The notes under the pieces: model-generated
Seen by the model: only the letters and a program-made list of their open reading frames with translations
The model's database searches: none
What the model was told of the DNA's origin: nothing
From: Clostridiales bacterium
Lineage (GTDB): Bacteria; Bacillota; Limnochordia; Darwinibacteriales; B1SED10-159
NCBI GenBank assembly: GCA_003551965.1
Contig: PUOC01000038.1
Coordinates: forward strand, 1 to 60,220
Reading direction: 5' to 3'
DNA: 60,220 nt
Position numbers and translations under genes: made by a program
In this document: positions 27,050-36,999 of the stretch, piece after piece
Position numbering within the stretch: the stretch's first letter is position 1
How the letters are laid out: every line of letters starts with the position of its first letter

Positions 27050-28615
27050 TTGAAGATAGGATTGATACCACTGGACGAGCGCCCCTGCAATGAATATTTC
27101 CCGCGGGCCCTCGCCCCGGTCGGCGGCGGCGAAGTGGTGACTCCGCCCCCAGCCATGCTGGGACGCAAAAGGCAGCCCGGCCGTTGCCGCGATATCGGCG
27201 ACTGGCTTAAGGAAAATGCCGGCCAGTGGGATGGATTAGTGGTGTCGGTGGAAACCTTGGTGTACGGAGGTCTGATACCTTCCCGCATCGGACACGAAAC
27301 GCTCGATGAGTGCAAGCAGAAACTGCAGATTATCCGGGAAGTGAAGGCGCAATATCCGGAACTGCCGATCTATGCGTTCAATATTGTGATGCGCATTTCT
27401 AATTCCAACATCAATGAAGAAGAACCCGAGTACTGGAAGGATTATGGCAAAAAGCTATGGAGGTATTCCCGTCTGCACTACCGCGTCCATGATTTGGGCC
27501 TGGCCGAAGAGAAGGAAGAGCTAGAAGACGTTAGGGCTGCAATACCAGAAGAATATATCGCAGATTACACAAAACGGCGCGGCCGCAACCACGAAATCAA
27601 TATGGCCATGGTGGATTTGGTGGCCCACGGAGTCGTCGATTTCCTGCTCTTCACCCAAGATGACACCAGCGAATTCGGCTTTCCCAATCGCGAACAGCGG
27701 ATACTCCGGGACCGGGTGGCCCAGTTAGGCGTCGATGATCGGGCTTTGATCTATCCCGGTGCCGACGAAGTGGGCATGGTTCTGACTGCCCGGCACCTCC
27801 TGCGACTGCATGGGGCCGTGCCGAAGTTCTTCACCCGCTATTCTTCAACCCGGGGGCCCCAGATCACAGCCTCCTATGAAGACCGTCCCATCGCCGAGAG
27901 CGTCAAGGGCCAGGTCTTCGGCGTCGGAGGCCTGATCGTCGATTCTCCCCAAGATGCCGATATAGTATTGCTTTTGAACACGCCCGGAGAAAGACAGGGC
28001 GAGGCACCCAACCAGCACCGTGACCGCACCGCCGACACGTCAGCCCGCAATCTTCTGGAATTCGTCTATGCACTCAACTACTACAACAGCCGGGGATATG
28101 TTACAGCCGTGGCGGATTTGGCCTATGCCAACGGTGCCGACCGCAAGCTCGTTTCCCTCATGGAAAGCCAGGTTGATCTGCTGCAATTGGATGGGTTCGG
28201 CGCTTGGAATACGGCGGGAAATACGCTGGGTACGGTCGTCGCCCACAGTTCGCTGCGTTTTTTGACGGCAGAGGAATCGGATGTGGAGAAGCAAAAGGCG
28301 CACCTGAACTTCCTGCTGCTGCGCTTCGCCGATGACTGGGCCTATCAAGCGCTCGTGCGGACGCAGCTGCGGGATGAAGTTCTTCCCGAGATGGAACTGC
28401 CCGTGCTTGATCTAGGAGAACGGTGGCGTGAGGTGGAAAAGATAGTGGAAGAGCGCCTCAGGAGCACCATGCATGCCTTTTTTGCAAAACACTTCAAAGG
28501 CAGGGCGTTAATGGACGGAACCCGCGTGCAAGGTTTGACCATGGAAGGTATTCGGCTTCCCTGGCAGCGGATCTTTGAAGTGGGTTGTGAAATGAACATC
28601 AATCCAGAGCGGTAG
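27050..28615 (+). CDS. DUF4127-family protein (uncharacterised)
   Basis: TTG start with AGAAAGGGA upstream. The N-terminus MKIGLIPLDERPCN, about 520 aa length and position directly upstream of nanE match my memory of DUF4127. Confidence 0.7.
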   Translation: MKIGLIPLDERPCNEYFPRALAPVGGGEVVTPPPAMLGRKRQPGRCRDIGDWLKENAGQWDGLVVSVETLVYGGLIPSRIGHETLDECKQKLQIIREVKAQYPELPIYAFNIVMRISNSNINEEEPEYWKDYGKKLWRYSRLHYRVHDLGLAEEKEELEDVRAAIPEEYIADYTKRRGRNHEINMAMVDLVAHGVVDFLLFTQDDTSEFGFPNREQRILRDRVAQLGVDDRALIYPGADEVGMVLTARHLLRLHGAVPKFFTRYSSTRGPQITASYEDRPIAESVKGQVFGVGGLIVDSPQDADIVLLLNTPGERQGEAPNQHRDRTADTSARNLLEFVYALNYYNSRGYVTAVADLAYANGADRKLVSLMESQVDLLQLDGFGAWNTAGNTLGTVVAHSSLRFLTAEESDVEKQKAHLNFLLLRFADDWAYQALVRTQLRDEVLPEMELPVLDLGERWREVEKIVEERLRSTMHAFFAKHFKGRALMDGTRVQGLTMEGIRLPWQRIFEVGCEMNINPER

Positions 28616-28639
28616 TGCCGCCGCGAAAGGAAGAAAACC

Positions 28640-29314
28640 ATGAGTGCACTGGAACGCGTAAGAAACGGACTGATTGTGTCCTGTCAAGCTTTGGAAGAGG
28701 AACCTCTGCATGGCCCCATGCTGATGGCGGCCATGGCCAGGGCTGCACACCTAGGAGGCGCTGCGGGCATCCGGGCCAATGGAGTGCAGGATGTGGAGGT
28801 ATGCCGGGCTATCACCGGGCTGCCGGTGATAGGGATTCAGAAGGCTGCCGATGAACAAGGCAGGATCTGTGTGACCCCCACCTTTGACGACGCCCGTCGG
28901 CTGGCGGAAGCCGGTGCGGACATTGTAGCCGTGGACTGCCGCCGAAACCGCCCTCTGGGCGAACCTCTGGAAGAATTGCTGCCGAGGGTGGGCGCGGGAC
29001 TGGACGTGTTGATCATGGCTGACTGCGAACCCTTGGCCGACGCTGAGCAGGCCGTGTCGCTAGGCGCCGACATTGTATCTTCCACCTTCGGATTCCAATC
29101 GGATCCATACGGCATCTGTCCCGATTTTGCACTGATTGCGGGCATGAATGCCCTGCCCTGTCCCATGATTGCCGAAGGGGGCTTCTGGACGCCGGAACAG
29201 GTTGAGCGGGCCTTTGCCATCGGTGTTTGGTCGGTGGTGATTGGTTCGGCTATCACCCGTCCCATGGACATTACAAAGCGATTCCTAAAGGCAGTTCCGA
29301 AACCTTCACCTTAG
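28640..29314 (+). CDS. nanE: N-acetylmannosamine-6-phosphate 2-epimerase
   Basis: 224 aa. GLIVSCQALEEEPLHG, GIRANG, PVIGI.K, ADIVAVD, MADC, GADIVSSTF, MIAEGG and VVIGSAITRP are the canonical NanE blocks. Confidence 0.85.
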   Translation: MSALERVRNGLIVSCQALEEEPLHGPMLMAAMARAAHLGGAAGIRANGVQDVEVCRAITGLPVIGIQKAADEQGRICVTPTFDDARRLAEAGADIVAVDCRRNRPLGEPLEELLPRVGAGLDVLIMADCEPLADAEQAVSLGADIVSSTFGFQSDPYGICPDFALIAGMNALPCPMIAEGGFWTPEQVERAFAIGVWSVVIGSAITRPMDITKRFLKAVPKPSP

Positions 29315-29493
29315 GGAAAGGCGTCTTTTGATGTTCTTCCGGACCGGCGGGGTACTGCCCGCGCCGATCGCTGGCAGCATGATCCGGCGCTGCGATACCA
29401 CGGAGCCGGGAACCCCCGTATTTGCCACGCCAGATCTGCTGTTTTCTGCCAGGTTCCTTGTGCCTGGAATGACTGTCTGGAGGTGCTCCGAAG

Positions 29494-30465
29494 ATGGGCT
29501 ACGTGGAAGAGCGAATGCACAGCCTCAAGCAGTACAATCCGCCGACGACGAAGCGGCCGGACCATGGCCAGTTTTGGTCGGAGACAAAGCAGCTCTATGA
29601 AAAAGCTGCCCGCAGGCTTTCCATCGATCGTACAGAGGCAGACGTTCCCATTTCCTGGACCATGCGTTGCTGGGATCTCCGCTATGTCAGCTTTGATGGA
29701 ACCGAAGTCAGCGGTTGGTATCTGCTGCCGGCTCACAGGCAGCCCATGGGCGGAGTTGTGGTGTTTCCCGGGTATGGTGCCGGCCGCGGTTATCCGGAGG
29801 ATCACCTCCGCTTTGCTGCTGCGGGATTGGCCGTGCTGGCCGTAGATGCCCGGGGGCAGGGAAGCCAGACAGGGGATGCCACACCCTATGAGCATGGCAT
29901 TGCCAGGGGGTGGATCACCCAAGGCATTCTGTCACCCTACACCAGCTACTACCGCCGACTGCTCGGCGACGCCTTTCTGGCGGTGGAATGCCTCGTGAAG
30001 CAGCCGGAGGTGCGCGCACTGCCCATTGCGGTGAGCGGTGCAAGCCAGGGCGGCGGATTGGCGCTTTGGTCAGCCATACTGCATAATCGGCCTATGGCCT
30101 GTGTGGCCCATATTCCGAACCTGTGCCATACCGACCGGGGCATACTTATGTCCAGTGGTTCACTGGCAGAGGCGGCGGACCTCATCCACCGCATGCCGGA
30201 GTACTACGATGCTGTTCTGGCCACATTAAGTTATTTTGACCTGCTCAATAGCATCGAGCAGCTGTCCTGCCCCGTGCTCTTTACCGCTGGCCTTAAGGAT
30301 ACCATCTGTTCGCCGGAGACTATCTACGCCGTCTACAACCGGGCGCGGGCCGCTAAAGAAATGGCCTTATACCCCTTTGACGGCCATTATGTCGGCGGAG
30401 CGCAGCACCGGCGCAGCGTCGAGTTTATACGCAGGCATATGTCCGGGGCGGTGCTGAGCCCATAG
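29494..30465 (+). CDS. carbohydrate esterase family 7 (acetyl xylan esterase / cephalosporin-C deacetylase-like)
   Basis: GGAGG lies 10 nt upstream. It aligns by eye along its whole length with B. subtilis Cah: ...GWYLLP..., FPGYG, RGQG, GWITQGIL, YYRR.., the nucleophile GASQGGGLAL, LSYFD and the C-terminal FDGHY. Confidence 0.8.
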   Translation: MGYVEERMHSLKQYNPPTTKRPDHGQFWSETKQLYEKAARRLSIDRTEADVPISWTMRCWDLRYVSFDGTEVSGWYLLPAHRQPMGGVVVFPGYGAGRGYPEDHLRFAAAGLAVLAVDARGQGSQTGDATPYEHGIARGWITQGILSPYTSYYRRLLGDAFLAVECLVKQPEVRALPIAVSGASQGGGLALWSAILHNRPMACVAHIPNLCHTDRGILMSSGSLAEAADLIHRMPEYYDAVLATLSYFDLLNSIEQLSCPVLFTAGLKDTICSPETIYAVYNRARAAKEMALYPFDGHYVGGAQHRRSVEFIRRHMSGAVLSP

Positions 30466-30504
30466 GGGCTGTTTATGCCGCCGGGAGGATAGGAGGGACC
30501 GTTT

Positions 30505-31425
30505 ATGACTGCAGTACTGGGGATAGACATCGGGGGGACCAAGATTGCCGGAGGCATTGTGACCGACAAAGGTGCCGTCCTGGGAGATCAGACGGTACCC
30601 AGTCGCGCCAAAGAAGGCCGCGATGCCGTCCTGGGTCAGCTTTCCATTCTGATCGGCAATTTGACGGCCCAGGCCACAGAGGACATTACTGCCATCGGCA
30701 TTGGTACCGCGGGCGAAGTCGACCCGGGTCGAGGAGCCATTACCAGTGCGACGGACAACATTCCCGGCTGGACCGGCACCCCTTTGGCAGAGATATGCCG
30801 CAGGGAATGGGGTCTTCCCTGCAGTGTCGATAACGACGGCAATGCAGCTGCCCTAGGTGAACTGTGGTTCGGAGCGGGGCGGGATTTCCATTATTTCGTG
30901 TATATCAGCTTAGGAACCGGTGTCGGAGGAGCTGTGATCGACGGGGGCCGTCTGCTGCGGGGCCATGGCAATTTTGCCGCTGCTTTGGGCCATACCACCA
31001 TTGATTATGGAGGCCGCAGCTGCAACTGCGGCAGTACCGGCTGTTTGGAAACCTACGTATCCGGTACGGCGGTAACTGCACTCGCCCGCGAATTAGGAGC
31101 CGCCGACAGCGGGCGGGAGCTGCTCCAGAAGGCCCGTGCTCAAGATCTGCACGCCCAGACCTTGATGGAGGATATTGGAAGGTATTTGGGCGTCGGTTTG
31201 GCCAACTTCGTTAATCTCTTCAATCCAGAAGCGATTGTGGTCGGCGGTGGGCTGGGCGAAGCCGGCGATCTGCTGCTGCGGCCCGCCGAGGTGACCATGA
31301 ACCAGCGGGTTTTGCAAGGCCTGCGGGGCCGCACCCGGCTGCTCGCCACCGCCTTGGGCAACCGGGCTGGGTTTATGGGAGGAGCGGTGTTGGCTTTAAG
31401 CAGCCTTGGCCGGGCGCGGCCTTGA
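30505..31425 (+). CDS. ROK-family sugar kinase (glucokinase / N-acetylhexosamine kinase type)
   Basis: VLGIDIGGTKIAGGIV, DNDGNAAALGE, GTGVGGAVI and the zinc motif GHTTIDYGGRSCNCGSTGCLETY are present. There is no N-terminal HTH, so I call it a kinase rather than a repressor. Confidence 0.85.
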   Translation: MTAVLGIDIGGTKIAGGIVTDKGAVLGDQTVPSRAKEGRDAVLGQLSILIGNLTAQATEDITAIGIGTAGEVDPGRGAITSATDNIPGWTGTPLAEICRREWGLPCSVDNDGNAAALGELWFGAGRDFHYFVYISLGTGVGGAVIDGGRLLRGHGNFAAALGHTTIDYGGRSCNCGSTGCLETYVSGTAVTALARELGAADSGRELLQKARAQDLHAQTLMEDIGRYLGVGLANFVNLFNPEAIVVGGGLGEAGDLLLRPAEVTMNQRVLQGLRGRTRLLATALGNRAGFMGGAVLALSSLGRARP

Positions 31426-31519
31426 AAGCTGGGCTGCCGGAACTCTCCATGGATGGCAGGAATCTTGACTGCTTCTGGACAATTGTACGCTTAACCTGAA
31501 CAGAAAGGTATGGTGTGGA

Positions 31520-33064
31520 GTGAATATCCTGTTTGCCTTTGCCGATGATTGGGGCCGCTATGCCAGCGTTTATGCGGAACATGAGGGGCCGGACTCTTGG
31601 AACCGGCTCATCGAGACGCCGAACTTCGATCGGGTCGCGCGAGAAGGAGTGCTGTTCAAAAATGCATTTGTCCCAGCGCCTAGCTGCACGCCGTGCCGCA
31701 GCTCCATTCTGACAGGAAACTATTTCTGGCAGACCGGCTTGGGAGCCATATTAGTGGGTGCCGTTTGGAATGAAGAACTGCAGTCGTATCCTTTGGAACT
31801 TGAGAAGGCGGGGTATCACATAGGCCACACCTACAAGGTATGGTCACCGGGGAAGACCGCCAATGCCCCCTACGGAGGAACGCGCACCGCCTACATCGAT
31901 GCCGGCCAGAAGTTCGGCAACTTTTCCCACAACGCCTATAGACGAAAGGATGAGATCGGCGTGGAGGGGGCCAAGGAGGAGCTGCTTCAAGAGACACGGC
32001 AGAACTTCGACGATTTCCTGCAGGCCGTGCCGGATGGAAAACCCTTCTGCTATTGGTGGGGGCCTACCAATACGCATCGAACCTGGGAACAGGGCTCGGG
32101 AAAGGTCCTCTGGGGATTGGAACCGGATGATCTCAAAGGCAGGATGCCGGCGTTTTTGCCCGATGTCCACGAGGTTCGGGAGGACGTGGCGGACTACCTT
32201 GGCGAGTGTCAGGCCTTTGACGCTGGATTGGGCGTCCTGCTAGAACGCCTGGAAGAGATAGGGGAGCTTGACAACACTCTGGTCGTGGTCAGCGGCGATC
32301 ACGGCATTCCGGGCCTGCCGCGGGCAAAGTGCAATCTCTATGACATTGGCTGCGAAGTGGCCCTAGCTGCCCGCTGGCCAAAGCGCATTGCGCCGGGCCG
32401 AGTGGTGGAGGACTTCGTGAACCTGATGGATCTGGCTCCGACCTTTGCTGAAGCCGCCGGCGTGGAAATGATGGAGCCCACCGCCGGCAGGAGCCTGATG
32501 CCGGTTCTGGAAAGCCCGGAAAATGGGCAAATTGACGCCGGGCGGACCTTCGTCGTTACGGGTAGGGAAAGGCACGTCAACGATGCTCGAGAGGGGCACC
32601 GGCCCTATCCCCAGCGCGCGATCCGGACCCAGGACTACCTGTACATTATCAATTTTGAACCGGATCGCTGGCCCATGGGGGATCCTAAAGGTCTCGATGA
32701 TTTGGAAGCATTACCGCCGGAGTACACGAAGCTGCAGTGGGAAACCCGGGCGGTCTATGCCGATCTGGATGCAAGCCCCACTAAGGCCTGGATGATTCAC
32801 CATCGGAGCGAGGAAGCCGTCCGCCCCCTTTTCGAGCTGGGATTCGGAAAACGCCCCCGAGAAGAGCTCTATGAACTGACAACGGACCCCGATTACGTGC
32901 ACAATCGAGCTGATGATCCCCGCTTAGCGGAGATCAAAGAGGAACTGCATAATAGGCTTATGCAGGTCTTACAGGAGCAGGATGATCCGCGGGTGACCGA
33001 AGACCCGTGCCGGTTTGAAAGCCAACCCTATGCCGGCGAACTCCAGGATTTTCAGATACCTTAG
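31520..33064 (+). CDS. Cys-type sulfatase (N-sulfoglucosamine/heparan sulfatase-like), no signal peptide
   Basis: GTG start with GGTGTGGAG upstream. It has the formylglycine signature [12 protein letters not shown] (C-x-P-x-R). [10 protein letters not shown] and VVVSGDHG metal-site blocks are present. The N-terminus starts directly with the catalytic domain. Confidence 0.85.
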   Translation: MNILFAFADDWGRYASVYAEHEGPDSWNRLIETPNFDRVAREGVLFKNAFVPAPSCTPCRSSILTGNYFWQTGLGAILVGAVWNEELQSYPLELEKAGYHIGHTYKVWSPGKTANAPYGGTRTAYIDAGQKFGNFSHNAYRRKDEIGVEGAKEELLQETRQNFDDFLQAVPDGKPFCYWWGPTNTHRTWEQGSGKVLWGLEPDDLKGRMPAFLPDVHEVREDVADYLGECQAFDAGLGVLLERLEEIGELDNTLVVVSGDHGIPGLPRAKCNLYDIGCEVALAARWPKRIAPGRVVEDFVNLMDLAPTFAEAAGVEMMEPTAGRSLMPVLESPENGQIDAGRTFVVTGRERHVNDAREGHRPYPQRAIRTQDYLYIINFEPDRWPMGDPKGLDDLEALPPEYTKLQWETRAVYADLDASPTKAWMIHHRSEEAVRPLFELGFGKRPREELYELTTDPDYVHNRADDPRLAEIKEELHNRLMQVLQEQDDPRVTEDPCRFESQPYAGELQDFQIP

Positions 33065-33088
33065 TCGAGGGCGGGAGGCCGAGGGAAC

Positions 33089-35047
33089 GTGGTGCAGCGG
33101 AACATTGGCGTGGTGGCCCACGTGGACGCGGGCAAGACAACACTGACAGAGCAGATGCTTTATGCCGCCGGCGCCATTTCGTCGTTAGGCAGGGTCGACG
33201 ACGGGACGGCCCATACGGATAGCATGGACATTGAAAGGCAGCGGGGCATATCGGTGCGCAGTGCTGCCCGTGTACTGCAGTGGCGAGAGGAATGGATCGG
33301 GATCATTGATACCCCCGGCCATGTGGATTTTGCTGCCGATGTGGAACGGTCGCTGCGATTGCTTGATGGGGCCGTGCTGGTGGTTTCTGCCGCGGAAGGG
33401 GTTCAGGCCCAAACAAGGGTGCTCTGGAAGGCGCTGGAGGCCATGGCCATTCCAGCCATCATTTTTATCAACAAAGTGGATCGGGTGGGAGCCAATCCGG
33501 CGAGGGTATTGGAGGATATCCGACGGCACCTAACAGACCGTGCCGCTCCGATCCAGTCTGTGGTCGGTGCTGGACAGCCCCAAGCCAGCGTGTACCCGCT
33601 GCTGGATCAGGAACCGTGTTTCCAGAAGCAGGCATTTCTTTTAGAGGCATTGGCCGAATACGACGCCCAATCGCTGGAATGCTTTGTGGAAGAAACACCG
33701 CTGACGCCGTCGGCATTGCGCCCAAGGCTGGATGAAGCCCTGGGGCTGGGACGAATGGTGCCCGTACTCTATGGCGCCGCTCTGCACGGCACGGGTGTGA
33801 CGGCGCTGCTTGATGGCGTTCTGCAATGTATCCCGGCTCCAACGGCAGATGCCGAGGCTGCGTTTTCCGGTCTGGTGGTGGCCGTCTCCCATGACCGCCT
33901 CCATGGCCGCGCAGCTCTTACCCGTATTTTCCAGGGCCGGATTGGCATCCGCGATCCCGTAGAGATCCGGCGCCGCCAGCAGCAACAGAAAGTGTCGGCG
34001 GTGGAGCGTTTGGAACCCGGAGGAACCAAAACACGGCCACAGGCCGATGCAGGGCAGTTGGCCGTGTTCTATGGGCTCGGCGATGTGCGAGTCGGTGACA
34101 TTCTAGGCGATCCGACGCCGGTCCCGGGACTGCATTCTATGGCAGCACCGCTGCTGCGGGTTCGCGTCGATCCGCCGGATGAAGCCCGTTATATCGATAC
34201 CGCCGAAGCGCTGCAGCTCTTAGACGCGGAGGATCCGGGTCTTTCCTTCGAGTGGTGGAGAGAAGAACGGGAGTTGTACTTGCGTATCATGGGGCCGATA
34301 CAGATGGAAGTGCTGACAGCCGTCTTGGCCGAGCGCTTTCAACTGGAAATCCAGTTCGGAACTCCCTCTGTGGTGTACAAAGAAACGCTGGCCGGGCCGG
34401 GTGAAGGCAGCGTTTCCTATACCATGCCCAAGCCCTGTTGGGCCAAGATCCGTCTTTTGATGGAACCGCTGCCGCAGGGATCAGGACTGCAGTATTCCTC
34501 AACAGTCAGCTACGATGTGGTGCCGAAGCGGTACCAGCAGCAGGTGGAAGCTGCCCTTCCTGGGGCACTTTCTCAAGGCCTATTTGGTTGGGAGGTCGTG
34601 GATCTCAAAGTGACGCTGGTCGACGGTGAGTATCATGTGGAACACACGAAAGCACCGGATTTCACTGTGGCGACGCCGATGGCCGTTATGGATGGACTGC
34701 AGAACAGCGGCATTGTGCTCCTGGAACCCATAGAACGGGTCTGGATCGAAGGCCCTGAAGATATGACAAGCAGGTTTTTGGGAGACATTACAGCCATGCG
34801 CGGCCACTATGACACGCCGCAGATGGTGGACGGGGTTGTCACTATCGAGGCATGGGTCCCGGCGGCGGAGCTAATGGATTACGCGGTACGATTGGCCTCT
34901 ATTTCCAGTGGCCGGGCGCAGATGAGCCGGGTATTCCACGGTTACCAACCGGCGCCCATAGAAGTCCAAGCAGAGAAAAAACGCCGCGGTGTAAATCCCT
35001 TGGACCGATCCCGTTACATTCTCTGGGTGCGCAATGCCCTGCAGTGA
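33089..35047 (+). CDS. translational GTPase of the Tet(M)/Tet(O) ribosomal-protection / EF-G-like family
   Basis: G1 to G4 motifs are AHVDAGKTT, DTPGH and NKVD. It is about 650 aa with the EF-G-like domains II-V and lacks the EF-G G-prime insert length. It starts 24 nt after the sulfatase stop. Confidence 0.8.
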   Translation: MVQRNIGVVAHVDAGKTTLTEQMLYAAGAISSLGRVDDGTAHTDSMDIERQRGISVRSAARVLQWREEWIGIIDTPGHVDFAADVERSLRLLDGAVLVVSAAEGVQAQTRVLWKALEAMAIPAIIFINKVDRVGANPARVLEDIRRHLTDRAAPIQSVVGAGQPQASVYPLLDQEPCFQKQAFLLEALAEYDAQSLECFVEETPLTPSALRPRLDEALGLGRMVPVLYGAALHGTGVTALLDGVLQCIPAPTADAEAAFSGLVVAVSHDRLHGRAALTRIFQGRIGIRDPVEIRRRQQQQKVSAVERLEPGGTKTRPQADAGQLAVFYGLGDVRVGDILGDPTPVPGLHSMAAPLLRVRVDPPDEARYIDTAEALQLLDAEDPGLSFEWWREERELYLRIMGPIQMEVLTAVLAERFQLEIQFGTPSVVYKETLAGPGEGSVSYTMPKPCWAKIRLLMEPLPQGSGLQYSSTVSYDVVPKRYQQQVEAALPGALSQGLFGWEVVDLKVTLVDGEYHVEHTKAPDFTVATPMAVMDGLQNSGIVLLEPIERVWIEGPEDMTSRFLGDITAMRGHYDTPQMVDGVVTIEAWVPAAELMDYAVRLASISSGRAQMSRVFHGYQPAPIEVQAEKKRRGVNPLDRSRYILWVRNALQ

Positions 35048-35220
35048 CGGGGTGTATGTCCTCGCGGCAGCACACCTGGCGCATACACATGCCCTACGGA
35101 AAGAACGAGCCCGCCGAACCGGGCAAACGCCTTAGGGATGGCGTTTCGCACTTCCGCATAAACGGCCGACGCCCCTGGACGAACCAGGTTCGCCGGGGGC
35201 GCCCATAAGGAGATGAAGCA

Positions 35221-36003
35221 TTGAAGATCATTGCATTGGACATGGACGGAACATTGGTCAATCCCGACGGAACCATCGCCCCGCAAAGTATCAGCGAACT
35301 GCAGCGGTTAGCCGATGACGGCGTGGTGATAGCCATTGCCACGGGCAGGCCCCTGCAGTTCGTCCTTCCTACATTGGAAGAAAATCACATTTTCCCCGAG
35401 CTTGGATATCCCCAGGTCATTATCACCGATGAGCGGGACGTTCACTTTCTGGATGGTTCCGAATACAGGCCATGGCATTCCCATAATGCCGCCGCCTACA
35501 ACAAAGAAATCGCGCTGCTGGATCTGGCCTGCGAACTGACAAGACAGCTCTCCCAGGATATTGAGCAGTTCTTCTTTGTCAACAACGACTATATGCAGCA
35601 GTCTCGGGGCTATGTGGAGATGTTGTTCCGGCGTGATGCCGTGCGGGATGCTGCCATTTCGTGGTTTGAAAAAGAGCTGGAAGGAAAGGGCACACTGCGG
35701 GCCGTTCGCAATCGGCAGTTGGTGGCGCTTCGACATGTGGATACAGGCAAAGGCTGGGCTTTGGAAAAGGTGGCTTCCCATTTCGGTGCCAGCTTCAAAG
35801 AAGTTTTGGCTGTCGGCGATTCATACAACGACTATGATATGCTGAGCCGAGACTTCAAGGCGGCTACCACAGACAATGCCCATAGCGGAATCAAGCAACT
35901 TGTTCGCAAGCGGGACGGTGTGGTGGCTGCAAGCGGCTACAGCTTGGGCGTGGCCCAGATACTGCAGCCCCTTGGCCGGCAGAGCAGTCCCCTGCGCCCC
36001 TGA
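35221..36003 (+). CDS. HAD-IIB (Cof-type) phosphatase
   Basis: TTG start after TAAGGAGA. It has MKIIALDMDGTL (DxDGT), IATGR and the C-terminal GDSYNDYDM motif. Confidence 0.8.
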   Translation: MKIIALDMDGTLVNPDGTIAPQSISELQRLADDGVVIAIATGRPLQFVLPTLEENHIFPELGYPQVIITDERDVHFLDGSEYRPWHSHNAAAYNKEIALLDLACELTRQLSQDIEQFFFVNNDYMQQSRGYVEMLFRRDAVRDAAISWFEKELEGKGTLRAVRNRQLVALRHVDTGKGWALEKVASHFGASFKEVLAVGDSYNDYDMLSRDFKAATTDNAHSGIKQLVRKRDGVVAASGYSLGVAQILQPLGRQSSPLRP

Positions 36004-36999
36004 TTACCAAGGCAGCGGCAGTTTGGCCCCGGTTCGGAAACTCCTCGCAGACCGGGGTTTTATCTGGTCCTGGGGTCCCACGGGGCTGCCCAGAATAGGT
36101 GCTGCAGGATCGTACCTTTCTGCTCTGCGGGCCGCCGCACGATGGTTGGTATTGGCGTAGCAGTACAAGCATTGGTGGCGGCAGGTATCATAGCTTCCGA
36201 TATCAATGCTTTGGGCACATCCGCACCCTGGACGCTGGTTTTTATCCCGTTCGGCCCGCAGGGACTGTCCAGACCGTCGTTCCAGGCGTGCCGGATCAAT
36301 GCACTGGGCTGGCACGGCACCTGTTCCGTTCAGTTCCTCCTGGGGGCAGCACACGGTCAAGCGCAGATTGCATGCGGAGGCAGCTTCTGAAAGCTCGGCC
36401 AGGAAGCTTCTCCGTTCGGCCTGGGAGGGCCGCTGCACATCTATCTCCTCCATGTTGCGCAGGGTCTTCTTGTAGCGTGAGAGGTAACTTACCGTTACTT
36501 GGTCGGTCCACGCTGCCAATACGGATGCCAGTTTCTTAAACTGATCCAGGTGCCAGCGGGCGGTGTGCATATCCGTGAAGATCACCGGGTCATAGCGCCA
36601 GACCACCGCATCGGGACCAGCCAAACGCCGCAATCTTTCGAATGTATGCAGACGCTGTCTAAGCTTGGGCACATTCCCTTCCAGCGGAGCTTCATAGGTG
36701 TTTACGGTGTACTGTACATAGAAAGGGCGCTGTTCCTTTTCCAAGTCTGCGAGGATCGGCAGAAAAGGTTCGGGGTTCTTTGTCCAGAACACAAAGCCGT
36801 CAACCACGTCTGGGTCCAGTGGCACACGGCTGATTTGGCGAGGGTTATATGGATTGCGCGTCAACACATAACCGGCTTTGAGCCGCGCTTGAAACCACGG
36901 GCCGTAAAAGGCCGGAATATCCGTCCTGCGGCTGGCACTGATAAACACAATATCACATCCCTGCAATGGCCGCGCCTGTGGATTGCCATGGTCGTGCAT
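36004..36999 (-). CDS. DUF1848-domain protein
   Basis: IVFISASRRTDIPAFYGPWF, FWTKNP and the C-terminal Cys cluster GCGCAQSIDIGSYDTCRHQCLYCYAN are the DUF1848 signature as I remember it. Confidence 0.7.
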   Translation of the reverse strand: MHDHGNPQARPLQGCDIVFISASRRTDIPAFYGPWFQARLKAGYVLTRNPYNPRQISRVPLDPDVVDGFVFWTKNPEPFLPILADLEKEQRPFYVQYTVNTYEAPLEGNVPKLRQRLHTFERLRRLAGPDAVVWRYDPVIFTDMHTARWHLDQFKKLASVLAAWTDQVTVSYLSRYKKTLRNMEEIDVQRPSQAERRSFLAELSEAASACNLRLTVCCPQEELNGTGAVPAQCIDPARLERRSGQSLRAERDKNQRPGCGCAQSIDIGSYDTCRHQCLYCYANTNHRAAARRAERYDPAAPILGSPVGPQDQIKPRSARSFRTGAKLPLPW

